A DNA stretch of 59,038 bases, filler included, from Pirum gemmata (Eukaryota), in the NCBI GenBank assembly GCA_002812295.1. It is 9 parts of 9 records of this genome, joined end to end, with 100 filler letters (N's around TTAATTAATTAA, not from the genome) between each part and the next. Parts side by side here need not be neighbours in the genome. Positions count along the whole stretch, not along the records: positions 6,560 to 13,000 come from PDIN01000263.1; positions 13,101 to 19,517 come from PDIN01000264.1; positions 19,618 to 26,228 come from PDIN01000265.1; 6 more parts are not named here. One strand, written 5' to 3'. The notes under the pieces are model-generated. The model saw only the letters and a program-made list of their open reading frames with translations. It ran no database searches and had not been told where the DNA came from. Below are positions 12,251-24,977 of the stretch, piece after piece (position 1 is the stretch's first letter; each line of letters starts with the position of its first letter). Made by a program: the position numbers and the translations under genes.

Positions 12251-14452
12251 GTTTTTAAAAATTTTGTAGCGTTGTAGACGGGAGTCTACTACTAGCTCTA
12301 GCTAGCTGTAGTTGGTGTGGATATTATTGGAGTTGATACTAGCTACTAGACTAGTAGAGTTATCGAAGCTGTTATCGTCAACTTATCGATAGCTATAAAT
12401 TATTATTATTATTTATGATATGATAATCATCGATATGATAGTCGACTCTAGCTAGCTAGCTAGTAGAGTAGTCTAATCTAGTATATACAGTATGATATTA
12501 AAATATCGTGCTTTTCATTTATTTTGTCACTCTGAATATTTATTTGGAGGGTTATAATATTTAAATGGACATTTTTAAATCAATATATAGATAATAAAAT
12601 ATACCAAATTAAATTAAATGGATTTATATAGAATTAATTTGGTACTATTTATTGTTTATTTTATGATGACAAAACAACTGAAAAGCACTAGGTCTACATA
12701 CTATCTGATAGTAGCTAGACAGTATGATAGTATGGTTATGAACTTATGACATAGTCCAAGGACGTCCTTGCATAGTCACATAGTCTAGTCTACTTGATTT
12801 TCTAAAGGGACAGACTCCCGAACAGATGAATAGTCTAGCTAGTCTAGCTAGCTAGAGTAAGTGTCAGAGTTAGTGTCAGACAGTCACATAGTGACAGATC
12901 TTTATAATATTTATATAACAAAAAAAAAAGATCTGTATAAAAAAACAGGTGCCAATAATACCAGGTCTGGCCGCGAAAAAAAAAAAAAAAAAAAAAAAAA
13001 NNNNNNNNNNNNNNNNNNNNNNNNNNNNNNNNNNNNNNNNNNNNTTAATTAATTAANNNNNNNNNNNNNNNNNNNNNNNNNNNNNNNNNNNNNNNNNNNN
13101 TTTTTTTTTTTTTTTTTTTAAATTTTTTTTTTTTTTTTTTTTTTTTTACTTTGATTTCTTATCTTTGGCAATTCTTTGTTTTAGTTGTGTTGTTGTTTTT
13201 TTTTTGGTTTTTGTTTTGTTTTGTTATCTAGCCAAATTATTTTTAAAAACTGTCCGTTGGTTCTTTTATAGAGTGTTTGTTGTTACTTTTTCTAAATATT
13301 TGGTAGTACTTTCATTACATTTGCAGCATTTTAAGATATTTCGAATTTTTGAGCTCATATGGCAGATGTCGCCATTTTTATCTGGCTTGGAAGTTAAAAA
13401 AAAAATAAAATAAAATAATATATTATCACAATTTAATAATAGACTAATACTATATTATATATTATTTCTGGAATCCAATTTAAAAACCACAAAGCAAAGT
13501 GTACACATGAAGTCACATGATATAGTACCAACAACCACAATGAACACAAAGACAAAACCCAGTAATACACAACCAGCGACTACGAAGCACATACACCCCA
13601 ACCCCAACCCCAACCCTAACCCTAACCCTATCATCGTGTAATACCAACAACCACAACGAATATGAAAACAACAATATATTATTTATAGATGTATTAATAC
13701 ATGCATGTACATACATATGGCATTTTTCACTTTTAAAAATATATAGTATTAATACTTGGGTATGGCGATATTACGAAACTAATGAATTAGTAAAATTTAA
13801 ACTAGACAGTGTTCAAAATGTTTAAATGTATAAAGTTATATAATATTGTATAAACTATATGTTATTAATATGTAATTTTATATAATATTAATTATAGTGA
13901 ATTGCGGGAGGTTATTTAAACGTTGTTATCGATTGTAAATAGTGTAATGAGTTACTGGTGTAATAATTAGTCATTTTCATTTTATTATTATCATTGTTTA
14001 TTTATTTTAATTATTTAAAAATGATAATAATAATAATAATAATAATAATAATCAATAAATAAAATAAATTTTTTAAAAAAAATAAAATAAAACATTATTT
14101 CTTTATTATTTTCTTTATTTTCTTTGTTAATTATATATAATATATTAATTTTATGAACCCATGGACCGTGGCCCGGGTACCTTGACTTTCTGTATTAAAA
14201 ACTCATAATATCGATATCTCTATTGCTATTGTTACTATATATTACTCCGGCCGCCATCTATAAACAAATTGAATTCCTTATATAATTAGTACGCTTAAAA
14301 ATACAAAAATTATTTTAATCTTTTCAAAAATTTTTTGAATTTGTTGATTAATGAAGATAGTTATTAAGACAACTATATGATATAGTACATATTATAATAT
14401 ATAATATATTATTTAACTTGATCTTTATTATAATCATCATCTTCATAGCAGC

Positions 14453-14547
14453 AACCCTATCCCTAACCCTAGCTAGTATTAACCCTAACTATAGCATTAA
14501 CCCTAACCCTAGCATTAACCCTAACCCTAACCCTAACCCTAACCCTA
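14453..14547 (-). repeat. Interstitial (CCCTAA)n tract; other short tracts near 13600, 25930, 29230, 29310, 34645, 35620, 39003, 47735, 52860 and 58225
   Basis: Direct reading of the sequence. Confidence 0.88.
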
Positions 14548-15796
14548 GTTATTATCGGCGAAAATAACCATTTAATTCCTATATAATATAATTTACCCTA
14601 ACTTTAGCCAACCTTAGTATGATACGATAGACTAACAACCACACTATATTGATACTTAGTCTACTTTCCCTTTTAAACATGCTATTGATATTAATATTGA
14701 TACATTTTCTAACTGCATTTGGGTATTATTTAATAATGTCCGCCGTGGGTATTTAATCTTTTATAACTTGGATAGTTAAAAGGATGTAAATCTTCTTGTT
14801 CACTGATTTCTTTAGTAGTCTCTATTTTAATTAATTCAACCTCGTAGTTTTGGTAATTTATTTTCACATTGGAAACTTCAGAATTATTCACATTTGCACC
14901 TGCTGGACCTGGTGGTGGTATGTGGGTCTTTCAGAACTTTTCTATAATATATATAATTAATATATATATAATATAGCTATCGATAAGGTTACAATAATTA
15001 TCGACATGTTTTAAATTTGTATTCTTATTTCCTTTTCTATTTTATTTCTTTTTTTATGTAATATCATACGAGTTTTTATATATTTTTATTTCTATTATTA
15101 TTTCTTTTTTTATCCCTTCATTATAATATCATAATATATAGTTCTTATAAATATATAACAAATAAGGGAGTGCCTTGTACATGTGTACTTCTGCAACTTC
15201 TGCCTTTCGTTTTTTTAAAATTTTGCATTTCGCTTTTTACTTTCTTACTTTTTACTTTTTGTTTTTTACTTTTTTTACTTTTTTGCTTTTTTGTCTTTTT
15301 TCGTTTCGTTTCGTTTCGTTTTGTTTTGTTTTGTTTTTTAAATTTCTTCATTATTATTATTATTTTAAAGTAATATTATAGCATGTATATATTATTATTA
15401 CGTATAATGTATATTATATACAATTACATTTATTAATTAAATATTATAATGTTTCTTTAAATTACCTGATACAATGTTATTCACAATGTCATAAGCATGC
15501 CGGCATTAATATTGCTGTGAAAGTTAAAATAAAATTATATCAACCTCTCTTTAACTAAAGTTGTTTTATTGTGCTTTTCATTTATTTTATCACTCTGAAT
15601 ATTTATTTGGAGGGTTGTAATATTTAAAATGACATTTTTAAATGAATAAATAGATAACAAAATATGTATAATATTAATTAAATTAAACGGATTTATATTG
15701 ATTTGGTATTCTTTATTGTATAATTTATGATATCAAAACAACTGAAAAGCACTATAGCTAGCTATATACTATACATTATTATTTTGTTGTTAATGT

Positions 15797-15877
15797 TGGG
15801 GTTAGGGTTAGGGTTAGGGTTAGGGTTAGGGTTAGGGTTAGGGTTAGGGTTAGGGTTAGGGTTATGGTTAGGGTTAG
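15797..15877 (+). repeat. Interstitial (TTAGGG)n tract
   Basis: About 13 near-perfect units with non-telomeric DNA on both sides. Confidence 0.95.
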
Positions 15878-16379
15878 AAAAACTTGCTATGGTTATGTAA
15901 TTGCTCTTTACAAATTGATTGGTATTAGTTGCGTAATACAAACATAACTATATTATCGGTTATTATTATTATTTTATTTTTCTAAATTTTTAAATTTGTT
16001 ACAACATAATTACAATACCATGTAGTTGCTTAGTTATTAGGTTAGTTAATTTTTAATATGATTTATTAAATAACTAATTAGCTGTTGTACTTTTTTTCCA
16101 ATGTTAGCTGTGTTGGTAATAGTTCTATAGCTATTAATTTAACTACAACACTAACACTAATCCTTGTTTACATTATTGCTACTGTTGTTGTCTTTATTGC
16201 ATTTGATATAATTCTATTATATAACGGTGTTTCTTTTGTTCTTTTCATTTTTTTGTTAATGTTATGGGTGATACCGATGGCTAAATTCGAGAGCTATTAA
16301 TTGAAAAAGCTTACATACTTGAGTCAAAAAATTTAATCTTTTAGATTAATAATTTAGTATTTCAATGATGATATAAATA

Positions 16380-16530
16380 GTGTATATGGAACCACTATAT
16401 ATAATAATGGAAAGTTAACACAATTTATCTTACTTTCTTTATTCCATCTTCTAAGCGTTTGGTGTGTGACTCCAAACAGTTCCCTAGCTTCTCTACTTAT
16501 TATAATATATATCGACACCTTTTCAGATAA
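16380..16530 (-). pseudogene. IS607-family TnpA-like N-terminal MerR-type HTH remnant
   Basis: Manual translation of the - strand gives ..YIIISREARELFGVTHQTLRRWNKESKINCVNFP, which fits the EA..L.GV...TLRRW...GKI....P pattern. No catalytic domain is recognisable downstream. Confidence 0.6.
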
Positions 16531-18299
16531 AGAAAATAACTACGATACTAATTATTAGCGTTTTTAAAAAAAACAGATCTAGACTTTAAAAAATTATTTA
16601 AAAAAGACTTATATAGTACTTATATTCAATAAATGATCATGACTCATGAGTTTTATTATATTAATATAAATATTTATTTATGTATTATAATAAATAAGAA
16701 ACCCTTACACTACCCTCACCCTACCCTCACCCTCACCCTCACTCTCACCCATACCCGAGTCACCCCTACGCCACTATTAGTTATGGATAGACTTCCCAGG
16801 ATAGCTATTAGTTTATCAATAACCCTTATCGTATATGATATAACTAACTATCGATCGATAGTAACTAACTCCCTTATGATAGGCTTTTTATTTGAACTTT
16901 TTACTGGTATTTTTTTAACTTTTTTCACTTTTTTCAAGAACCAGGAAATTTTTCTTGTTCCAGGGTCGGAATCCAGGCTTCCAAATAGTCTAAGTTCTGT
17001 CTAACTTCATAGTGGGGTAAATTTTCATAAATGATAAATCATATTATTTTTTTTAAAAAATAGACGATAAATAGCTAGGTTCTTGCTTTTTTATTTTTTT
17101 CGAAACAAACAGCTCGATTCTAATTATTAAATAGAGACAAATTGAAATAATATTATTTTTTTTTCGAGTTTCAAGTGCTTTCTATGAAAATTTCCTGAAA
17201 ATTTCTCAAAAATGAGTCAATACTTTTTAAAAAAAAAAAATTGAGAAAATTTCGAAAATTTCGAACTAGGTTTGATTCGATGGTTTTTCCCATTTTTCCC
17301 ATATCTGGGCTGGGGCCAGGGGCCAAACTTCAAAGTTCAGAAATTCTCAGCAGAAATTCTTTAGAAAGAGACTTTCAAAAGTCTTTCAAAGAGACTGAAA
17401 GAGTAAATCCAAAAATAGTCTGAAACTAACGAACCAATGAAAAGTTTCAAGTATGAAAACGTTGTTCAGTGAGATTACTTTTTTTGGGCAATGAGATCAA
17501 AACCGCGAATGACCGCACTATCACGCACACTTTTTGGGGAGCGTTCAATTTCGGTTCAAATACTAAGTACTGTATTACACGATATTACACGCCAATTTCT
17601 GCAATTTTCCGTTCAAGACTTCAAGTAGCTGCTACAGCTTCAAACCTAGCTAACTAGTCTATGTATTACACGATATTACACGCCAATTTCTGCAATTTTC
17701 CGTTCAAGACTTCAAGTAGTTCTACAGCTTCAAATACCCTAGCTAACTAGTCTAATACCTACCTACCCCTTGACACACACCCTTGACGTAAGGGTCTATC
17801 GTGCTTTTTTTTCAATTGTTTTGTCATCATAAAATAATATGATATACAAAAAAGAGTGCCAAATTAATACAATATAAATCCATTTCATTTAATTTGGTAT
17901 ATTTTATTATCTATTTATCCATTTAAAAAAAGTCAATTTAAATATCATAACCAACCAAATAAACATTTGGAGTGACAAAATAAAAAAAAAATGAAAAGCA
18001 CAATATTCTGTGATACTAAAAGCCTTTCCCAATTCTGCTCTTAGACTAGCCCGAAATCTCGAATTTCTGCTGTCAAAAAAAAGCCAAAATTTAGCTCAGT
18101 TCAAACTTCAAGGACTTGAAGTTCTTCAACAGTTACTGTCCTTGCTCTCCTTGAAAATTATTTCCCCGTTTGAATACTTAATTGTAAGCTCAAAATTTCG
18201 AACTTATTTAAAATTAATAGGCTTGAAAACTCGATTTTTAAAAAAGAGCAAAATTGGTACCGTAACAACTTTTTAAACTAGCTAGCCTTAGATGGGTTT

Positions 18300-18479
18300 A
18301 GCTATCATAGAGGTTGACCAATATAAGCTCAAATGGTTTTCGTGATCTACAATATATTTAATATACGGAATTACGGAGGGTTCGATTCATTATCAACAGA
18401 AATAGGACAGCCGTGTTCATTTGTATTGAGCTTCTTTACAACCCTGTTTAGCTGCTTGAGCATAATATTCAAAGTTGTG
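18300..18479 (-). pseudogene. Sel1-like repeat gene fragment
   Basis: 18473-18420(-) translates to FEYYAQAAKQGCKEAQYK, matching the Sel1 consensus AFEYY.KAAEQG...AQY. A second, broken repeat may follow. Confidence 0.55.
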
Positions 18480-18587
18480 GAATAAAAGAATGATGCTTCA
18501 TCCATCCAGGCTTCGTCCTAGCTACAGAGGCTTCGTGCATCATTCTAAACCATATTATTATATTAGGAATTTTAGGAAAGTATAGAA

Positions 18588-18733
18588 AGGGTTAGGGTTA
18601 GGGTTAGGGTTAGGATTAGGATTAGGGGTTAGGGTAAGGGTTAGGGGTTAGGGTTAGGGTTAGGGTTAGGGTCAGGGGTTAGGGGTTAGGGGTTAGGGGT
18701 TAGGGTTAGGGGTTAGGGTTAGGGTTAGGGTTA
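18588..18733 (+). repeat. Interstitial (TTAGGG/TTAGGGG)n tract
   Basis: Mixed 6- and 7-mer units. Confidence 0.95.
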
Positions 18734-19071
18734 GAATAATTACGAATAAAAAACCTCATGATCACCATATATATGTGTTTTTTTGTTTTTTTGTTTTTTT
18801 TTATAATAATAACTTTGTTTATATTACGTTTACTGTCATGTTATACATCTAATCTGACGTTTGTTTTTATATTTGGAAACAAAATAAACTATGATACAAC
18901 AACTCATATTAATATGCATGTACAACAACTACAACAATTACAAACAAGATTTATTTAAAATAAAATATTATTTTTAGTCTATTTTAATTTATATCCTATA
19001 ATTATAAATAATAATTTTTAATTAGTCTGAACAAAACTTCAACAAACATCATGGTCAATCAAGACAAATTA

Positions 19072-19277
19072 TCGTCTATTTCTGTACAGTTGTCCTCTCA
19101 ATATTTAATTTGGTAATGTTTAAGTGTATAATTATTATAATAAACTTGTTTAACAAAAAGTATAAGATACCAAATTAATTAAAACATGTCTGATAGTTTT
19201 TAACCATAATAATAATTTATAATTTGGTAGCCGTTTATTTCAGTTTTTGAACTGGACAACACTATTGAAAAACACGA
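19072..19277. mobile_element. MITE family C (~190-205 bp, TA-flanked), representative copy; 4 copies
   Basis: TA|TCGTCTATTTC..AGTTGTCC....GGACAACAC..AAACACGA|TA. Other copies at 11496-11689, ~36560-36762 and ~38122-38290. Confidence 0.85.
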
Positions 19278-19454
19278 TATTGATATATAGCCTTGGATCC
19301 TGGTGATTAATAACTATAACAAAAATATTATTATATATTTTAATATAGTTAGGAACAATTGTAAACATAAATTCAAAAAGCAACCACTTAATAATCGTAA
19401 TCATCGTGATGAAATATAAAAATAATAATGAAAAATTTTAATTAAATTTTTAAA

Positions 19455-19490
<36 letters not shown>

Positions 19491-19739
19491 TCAACAACAA
19501 CTTTAAAATAATAATTTNNNNNNNNNNNNNNNNNNNNNNNNNNNNNNNNNNNNNNNNNNNNTTAATTAATTAANNNNNNNNNNNNNNNNNNNNNNNNNNN
19601 NNNNNNNNNNNNNNNNNGATGATAAAATATACCAAATTAAATAAAATGGATTTATATTGTATTAATTTGGTACTCTTTATTGTATATTTTATTATGACAA
19701 AATAAATTAAAAGCACTATAATATTATCATATATATATA

Positions 19740-19779
19740 GACGTTAATTTGATTATTTGCAAATAATCAAATTAACGTC
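19740..19779. mobile_element. Tiny palindromic element family F inside (TA)n; further copies at 36390-36446 and 36459-36486
   Basis: Perfect 40-bp palindrome GACGTTAATTTGATTATTTGCAAATAATCAAATTAACGTC flanked by (TA)n. The same GACGTTAAT..ATTAACGTC ends occur on another contig. Confidence 0.8.
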
Positions 19780-20099
19780 TATATATATATAGAAAATAGG
19801 GCCACATTCAGTCTGGCCTGAATATTTATTTGAAAAGGTGGCTTAAATATTATTTAGTAAGGGAATGTTAACCATATTATTCATATTATGGTATATTGTA
19901 AAATATACGTTCATAAGGATATTCTTGTAGTTGGTGATTATAATATTATTCTAAACTTTGCAAATTAGAGTTCCCGTATTGCATTATATATAATATTAAT
20001 ATAATTATGTTGTTTGAAAACACATGTTGTTTTTTCTATTTTTGTTGTTGTTATAATATTATTATGTATAATATAATATGGCATTTGTTGAAACCCTCG

Positions 20100-20760
20100 C
20101 GATCAAACATTAGAAAGTTTGTCATACTGAGTGGTAACAATATTACCAAGTATTAAAAATTTTGTGCAATTGTTGGGGAACATGATCATTATTGGTACCG
20201 ATTAAATGTTGGTGGATTAGCAAAATTTAATATAATATTATTTAATTGGAGGGCCATGCTTTTGCTTTTGCTTAATTAGTAAAGTATTATCTCGCAAAGT
20301 CCTTGTCAGATTCCTTCATTGATAGAGCTAACCTATATAAGTAGAGTAGAGCGGGTTTAATTAATATACCGGTATAATATTATAAGCTTTTATTATTCAT
20401 TTTTATTTTTTTTTCCTGCTGCTTCGATCTTTTTTCTGGTTTACTTTACAATTAGTTATGCAGATTAGTTAGGGTTCACCTACAGATCACGTTATAATTC
20501 TATATATTGCATGATTTATGAATTATATTATTGGTACACGTATTGTTTCGTGGTATATTAACAACGTTTGGTCTTAATTTGCTTAATATTTCAACATATC
20601 CATAAAGTAACGATAATTCATCATCAAACGTAATTAATTCAATATTAGCGTCATCTTTTGTTTAAGGACAAACCCCTGTGTTCCATAACGCGGTGAGGAA
20701 TAACTTGACCTTTTTCAGTTATATTACGGAGAAGTTGACTTGGAGTAATATTAAAATTTT
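20100..20760 (-). pseudogene. Possible family-B DNA polymerase exonuclease-domain remnant
   Basis: 20760-20560(-) reads ILLQVNFSVI*LKKVKLFLTALWNTGVCP*TKDDANIELITFDDELSLLYGYVEILSKLRPNVV, resembling IIQI....G.C....F.DE..LL..F.E......PDVI. The downstream part is very broken. Confidence 0.45.
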
Positions 20761-21596
20761 GTATTATTAATTAATAATTCCTTATGTTATTATTATGATA
20801 TAAAACTGTCACAATCTTAAGCTTTAATTAAAATTCATAGCAACAATAGCAATGGATATAATTATTATACATGAGTGTTTAAAAAGAAAGTCTAGCTAGG
20901 TACCTGCGTCGGGACACTGTCGGGACACCGCCCATTGGGTTCATAATAATAATCTATGATAATAATACTAGAATAATAATAATTAAAATTTTATTATAAA
21001 ATGTTTTCATAGATCACGTTTTTTGTTTTTTTTTTTTTTTTTTTTTGGATAAAACTGTAGAGTCCAGAAATCATTTCTTTTTAGACTTCTGTTCTAAAAA
21101 ACTTTAATAATACCAACTAGCCAAATTGTTTTCAAAAACTAGCCATTAGTTCATAATAGAGTTTTCTTAGTTATACCATTTCTCAAACTTTGGTAGTACT
21201 TCTACTGAAATTGGATCATTTTGAGATTTGGATTTTTGAGGTCATAATTATGGTGGATGTCGCCATTTTTATCCGGCTTGGAAGTTAAAAAAAAAAATTT
21301 TTTTAACACTTATTTACAGTAACAGTTATAACCATCAAGCTGAGTGTTCGTTTACAAAACCTCTGAACTCTCACTGATTATTTTTAAAAAGTTCGACAGC
21401 GTTCAACATAAAGCAGCTCGAAACAAGGCAGATCGAAATTTCAAAACCGAACACCGATTTAATACATATGTTCATATGTTATAAAGAAGAAGTACTACGA
21501 GCAGAGCTTTCGAACCACACACGAGCTTAGGTCTCGAACTACGTGCGAGCTTATTGGATTTTGGCACATAAAAATATTTTTTTTGATCTAGAGGTA

Positions 21597-21691
<95 letters not shown>

Positions 21692-21914
21692 NNNNNNNNN
21701 NNNNNNNNNNNNNNNNNNNNNNNNNNNNNNNNNNNNNNNNNNNNNNNNNNNNNNNNNNNNNNNNNNNNNNNNNNNNNNNNNNAAATAAAACAAATAAAAC
21801 AAATAAAACAAATAAAACAAATAAAACAAATAAAACAAATAAAACAAATAAAATAAACGAAACAATAAAACTATAAAAAATAGTAATAAAACAAATTGTG
21901 AAGCGGAAACTGAT

Positions 21915-22132
21915 ATTGAAACTTTTATCGTTCAAAGACGTAGATGGATTAATGAGTATTAATAGTACTTTCGCGGGTATTTTGTACTTTTGAAATATGC
22001 TTTGTTTACTTAAATATGGATCACAAGATTCTTCCCGGTTTTTGTATTGGTGAAGGTTGTATAGTACTTTTGAAGCTATGGATTATGCAGCAAGAAATGG
22101 ACATTTAGAAGTTGTGCAATTATTTATGCATC
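21915..22132 (+). pseudogene. Ankyrin-repeat gene remnant (EGCT..AMD.AA.NGHLEVV type), possibly with an F-box-like N-terminus
   Basis: EGC[5-nt insert]TFEAMDYAARNGHLEVVQ at 22052-22119. Upstream LLSFKDVDGLMSINSTF is weakly F-box-like. Confidence 0.72.
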
Positions 22133-22575
22133 CTGGTCTGATATTTTTCGCTCCCGGTCATACTGCTTGGTTTAAATTCGTCATTTATATACAAATGTTG
22201 ATTTAATGCTTGTTGTACTTAGTCACGTCTGTTTCACCAGCATTTTTAGTGTCCATATATATTTTCAGTGTTAAGGATTTAGGGAAATTGATTGGATACG
22301 AGCAAGAGTGTCAATATGCTTCTTATGGCGTGAGAGGGTTTTGCGCGATTCTTTATTAGACCTTTGTATTGGTACATTACAATATCAAATTTGTTAAGCC
22401 CTTGTTTAAAACTTGCTGTCCTTATAAAGGAAAAGAAAGAATGTTATATAAATTATTATCGTTTTTACCGCGTGCGTATTGCACTGTCAATGTTGTTGTA
22501 CAAGAAGACGATCATAGATAGGAAAACCATGATAATAGGTTTTACGCAAAAATCCCTCGTCCTTACAGTAAGGGT

Positions 22576-23230
22576 TTGGTAACAGTTTATGTACGAATGT
22601 CTTATACATTAGATATTACAGTAGAAACCGGGAAAGAAACAGGAAGGGAAATCAGTAAACATTGGCATAATGAAGCTTCTAGTTTTGTAGTGAAAGCAAC
22701 CAACTACAAAATGAACGTATGGTGTGAATGTCTGAAATGGAGTTATGGAAGGTGTACACAAGGGACAGGAATGTTGTACGGACTAAGTTACTTCTCGGTT
22801 GTCGCAAGAGATGATGAGGTGTTAGCCACTTGTAGTCACTTGTACTAGTAGGTTACAAAGATGGCACCAAGCTCGTGGTAATAACGATGATCACTCCATA
22901 ATGATGTAAAGAAACCTTTGCATTTAACAAAAGTTACAAAATGGATACAAGCTCTTGAAGACGACTGGTCTGTTATTGATTATTTTAGTGACGGTGGTGA
23001 TGATGATGATGATCATAATAATAATAATGATACTATTTATATTGTTAACGATGAGTTTGATCCTACAAAGCACAGAAAAATTAAGTTATTCGATGGTATT
23101 GTAATCATTAAAAGAAGACGCTTGTCAGGATTGCTTTGAAAGAAAGGGCTACTTATAATAATATCAATTACTGATGAAATATCACAATTAGACAGTGATG
23201 CGATAATTATTCTAAATAGGCAAAATAAGT
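22576..23230 (+). pseudogene. Unidentified coding-like segment broken by stops
   Basis: Raised GC and consecutive + strand ORF pieces (22576-22848, 22918-23139) with protein-like composition. No motif recognised. Confidence 0.3.
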
Positions 23231-23265
23231 ATATATTATTACTAAATAAAAAATAAATATCATAA

Positions 23266-23331
<66 letters not shown>

Positions 23332-23747
23332 AAACAAACAAACAAACAAACAAACAAACAAATATAAAAAAAAAACAAAATAAAACAAAACAAAAACAAA
23401 AACAAAAAAACCAAACACGTAGCTTTTTACTACTAGCTAGCTAACAAGGCAGCTTTTGCCCAGGCTGTTTCCGAAAAAAAAATGCGAAAAAAAGTGGGCA
23501 AAATGAGTGCAAAATGTGCAAAATGGCACCGCACGACCAGTAAAAAACCAGATAGTCTACCATGACTTTTTATTATGGACCTTTTATGGTAGTAGTCAAG
23601 AATTTGCAATTTTGCACGAGACATCAAAACTAAAAAAACAAAAAACAAAAACTAAAACTAGTCAAAACCTGAATCTAGCTATGATATTTATGGATAAATA
23701 TTATGATATATATACCCGGTATAAAAAAAAGGGTTAGTTTAACTTAG

Positions 23748-23863
23748 TTAGGGTTAGGGTTAGGGTTAGGGTTAGGGTTAGGGTTAGGGTTAGGGTTAGG
23801 GTTAGGGTTAGGGTTAGGGTTAGTTAGGGTTAGGGTTAGGGTTAGTTAGGGTTAGGGTTAGGG
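23748..23863 (+). repeat. Interstitial (TTAGGG)n tract
   Basis: About 19 units with TTAG interruptions. Confidence 0.95.
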
Positions 23864-24977
23864 ACAGGCTGCTTCTAGCTAGTTGTTTGGATTCTCCTGA
23901 AATAATCGTTTTTGAAGAAAATTTACTACAAGAATCAGAGGTAATTTACTAGTCTAATATATCATGCATAATATGATAAGTGCTACTATTGTNAATATTT
24001 ATTTGGTTGTTTATAATATTTAAATTGATACTTTTAAATAAATAAATATATAATAAAATATACCAAATTAAATGAAATGGATTTATATGGTACTATTTAT
24101 TGTATATTTTATGACGACAAAATAACTGAAAAGCACGATAGACCTATATGATATCATAATTATAGTACTTTAGTTAGAGCCTACTCTAGTAGCTACTAGC
24201 TAGCTATGATAAGACTACTATTGATAGCTACTGTAGCTACTAGCTATCAATATGTCTGGATCAATAATGTCATATCATATATAATTATATATCTATTTAT
24301 GTAAACATTATAACCAAAAAAAGAAACTTGAAACATATTTTACCATATATGGCGCAGGCGGGAGTTACTAGAGCTAGCTAGCTAGCTAGTAGTAGAGGGG
24401 CTAGCTAGATGCTAGCTAGCTATCATACTAGCTAGCTAGTCTAGCTAGTATCATGATACTAGCTAGCTAGTCTAGCTAGTATCATGATCGGTATCCACTA
24501 GCTATCATAGTCTAGCTAGCTAGCTAGAGCTGCTTACAGCCGCTAGCTAGCTAGCTAGCTAGAAGCCTAGAACAGGCCTACCGAATAATAGCGAATAATA
24601 GATCTCTAAAAAACGAAAATGCGATATTTTAGGGGTCTATGAGTGGTCCATGTATATTTTATCACTATTAAAAAAAAAAAAAAAATTACAATTTTTTTCG
24701 CATATTTTTTAACAGTATTTTCGCACCATATTATTTTTTAAGAAAAGGTACAAACAATCAAAAAACGTCCTACTTTTTTTACTAGTTAAAAGTCCCACAT
24801 TTTTTTATATAATGTTTTCGAATATTTCAAATCTATTTAACAACTATTAAATTACTTATGTTCGAAAACTGAAATTATAGTGAAACCCAAAAGTCGGATG
24901 TTTTTAGAGGCTTGTTGGGACGGTTGGTTTTGCACTATATCTATATATAGCTTCAAGCGAATCGGACCAGGCGACGG

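Noticed and set aside
21543..21935. Poly-K and poly-F ORFs (also 15145-15381, 23037-23414 and 57187-57387)
   Set aside because: They come from homopolymer and microsatellite tracts.
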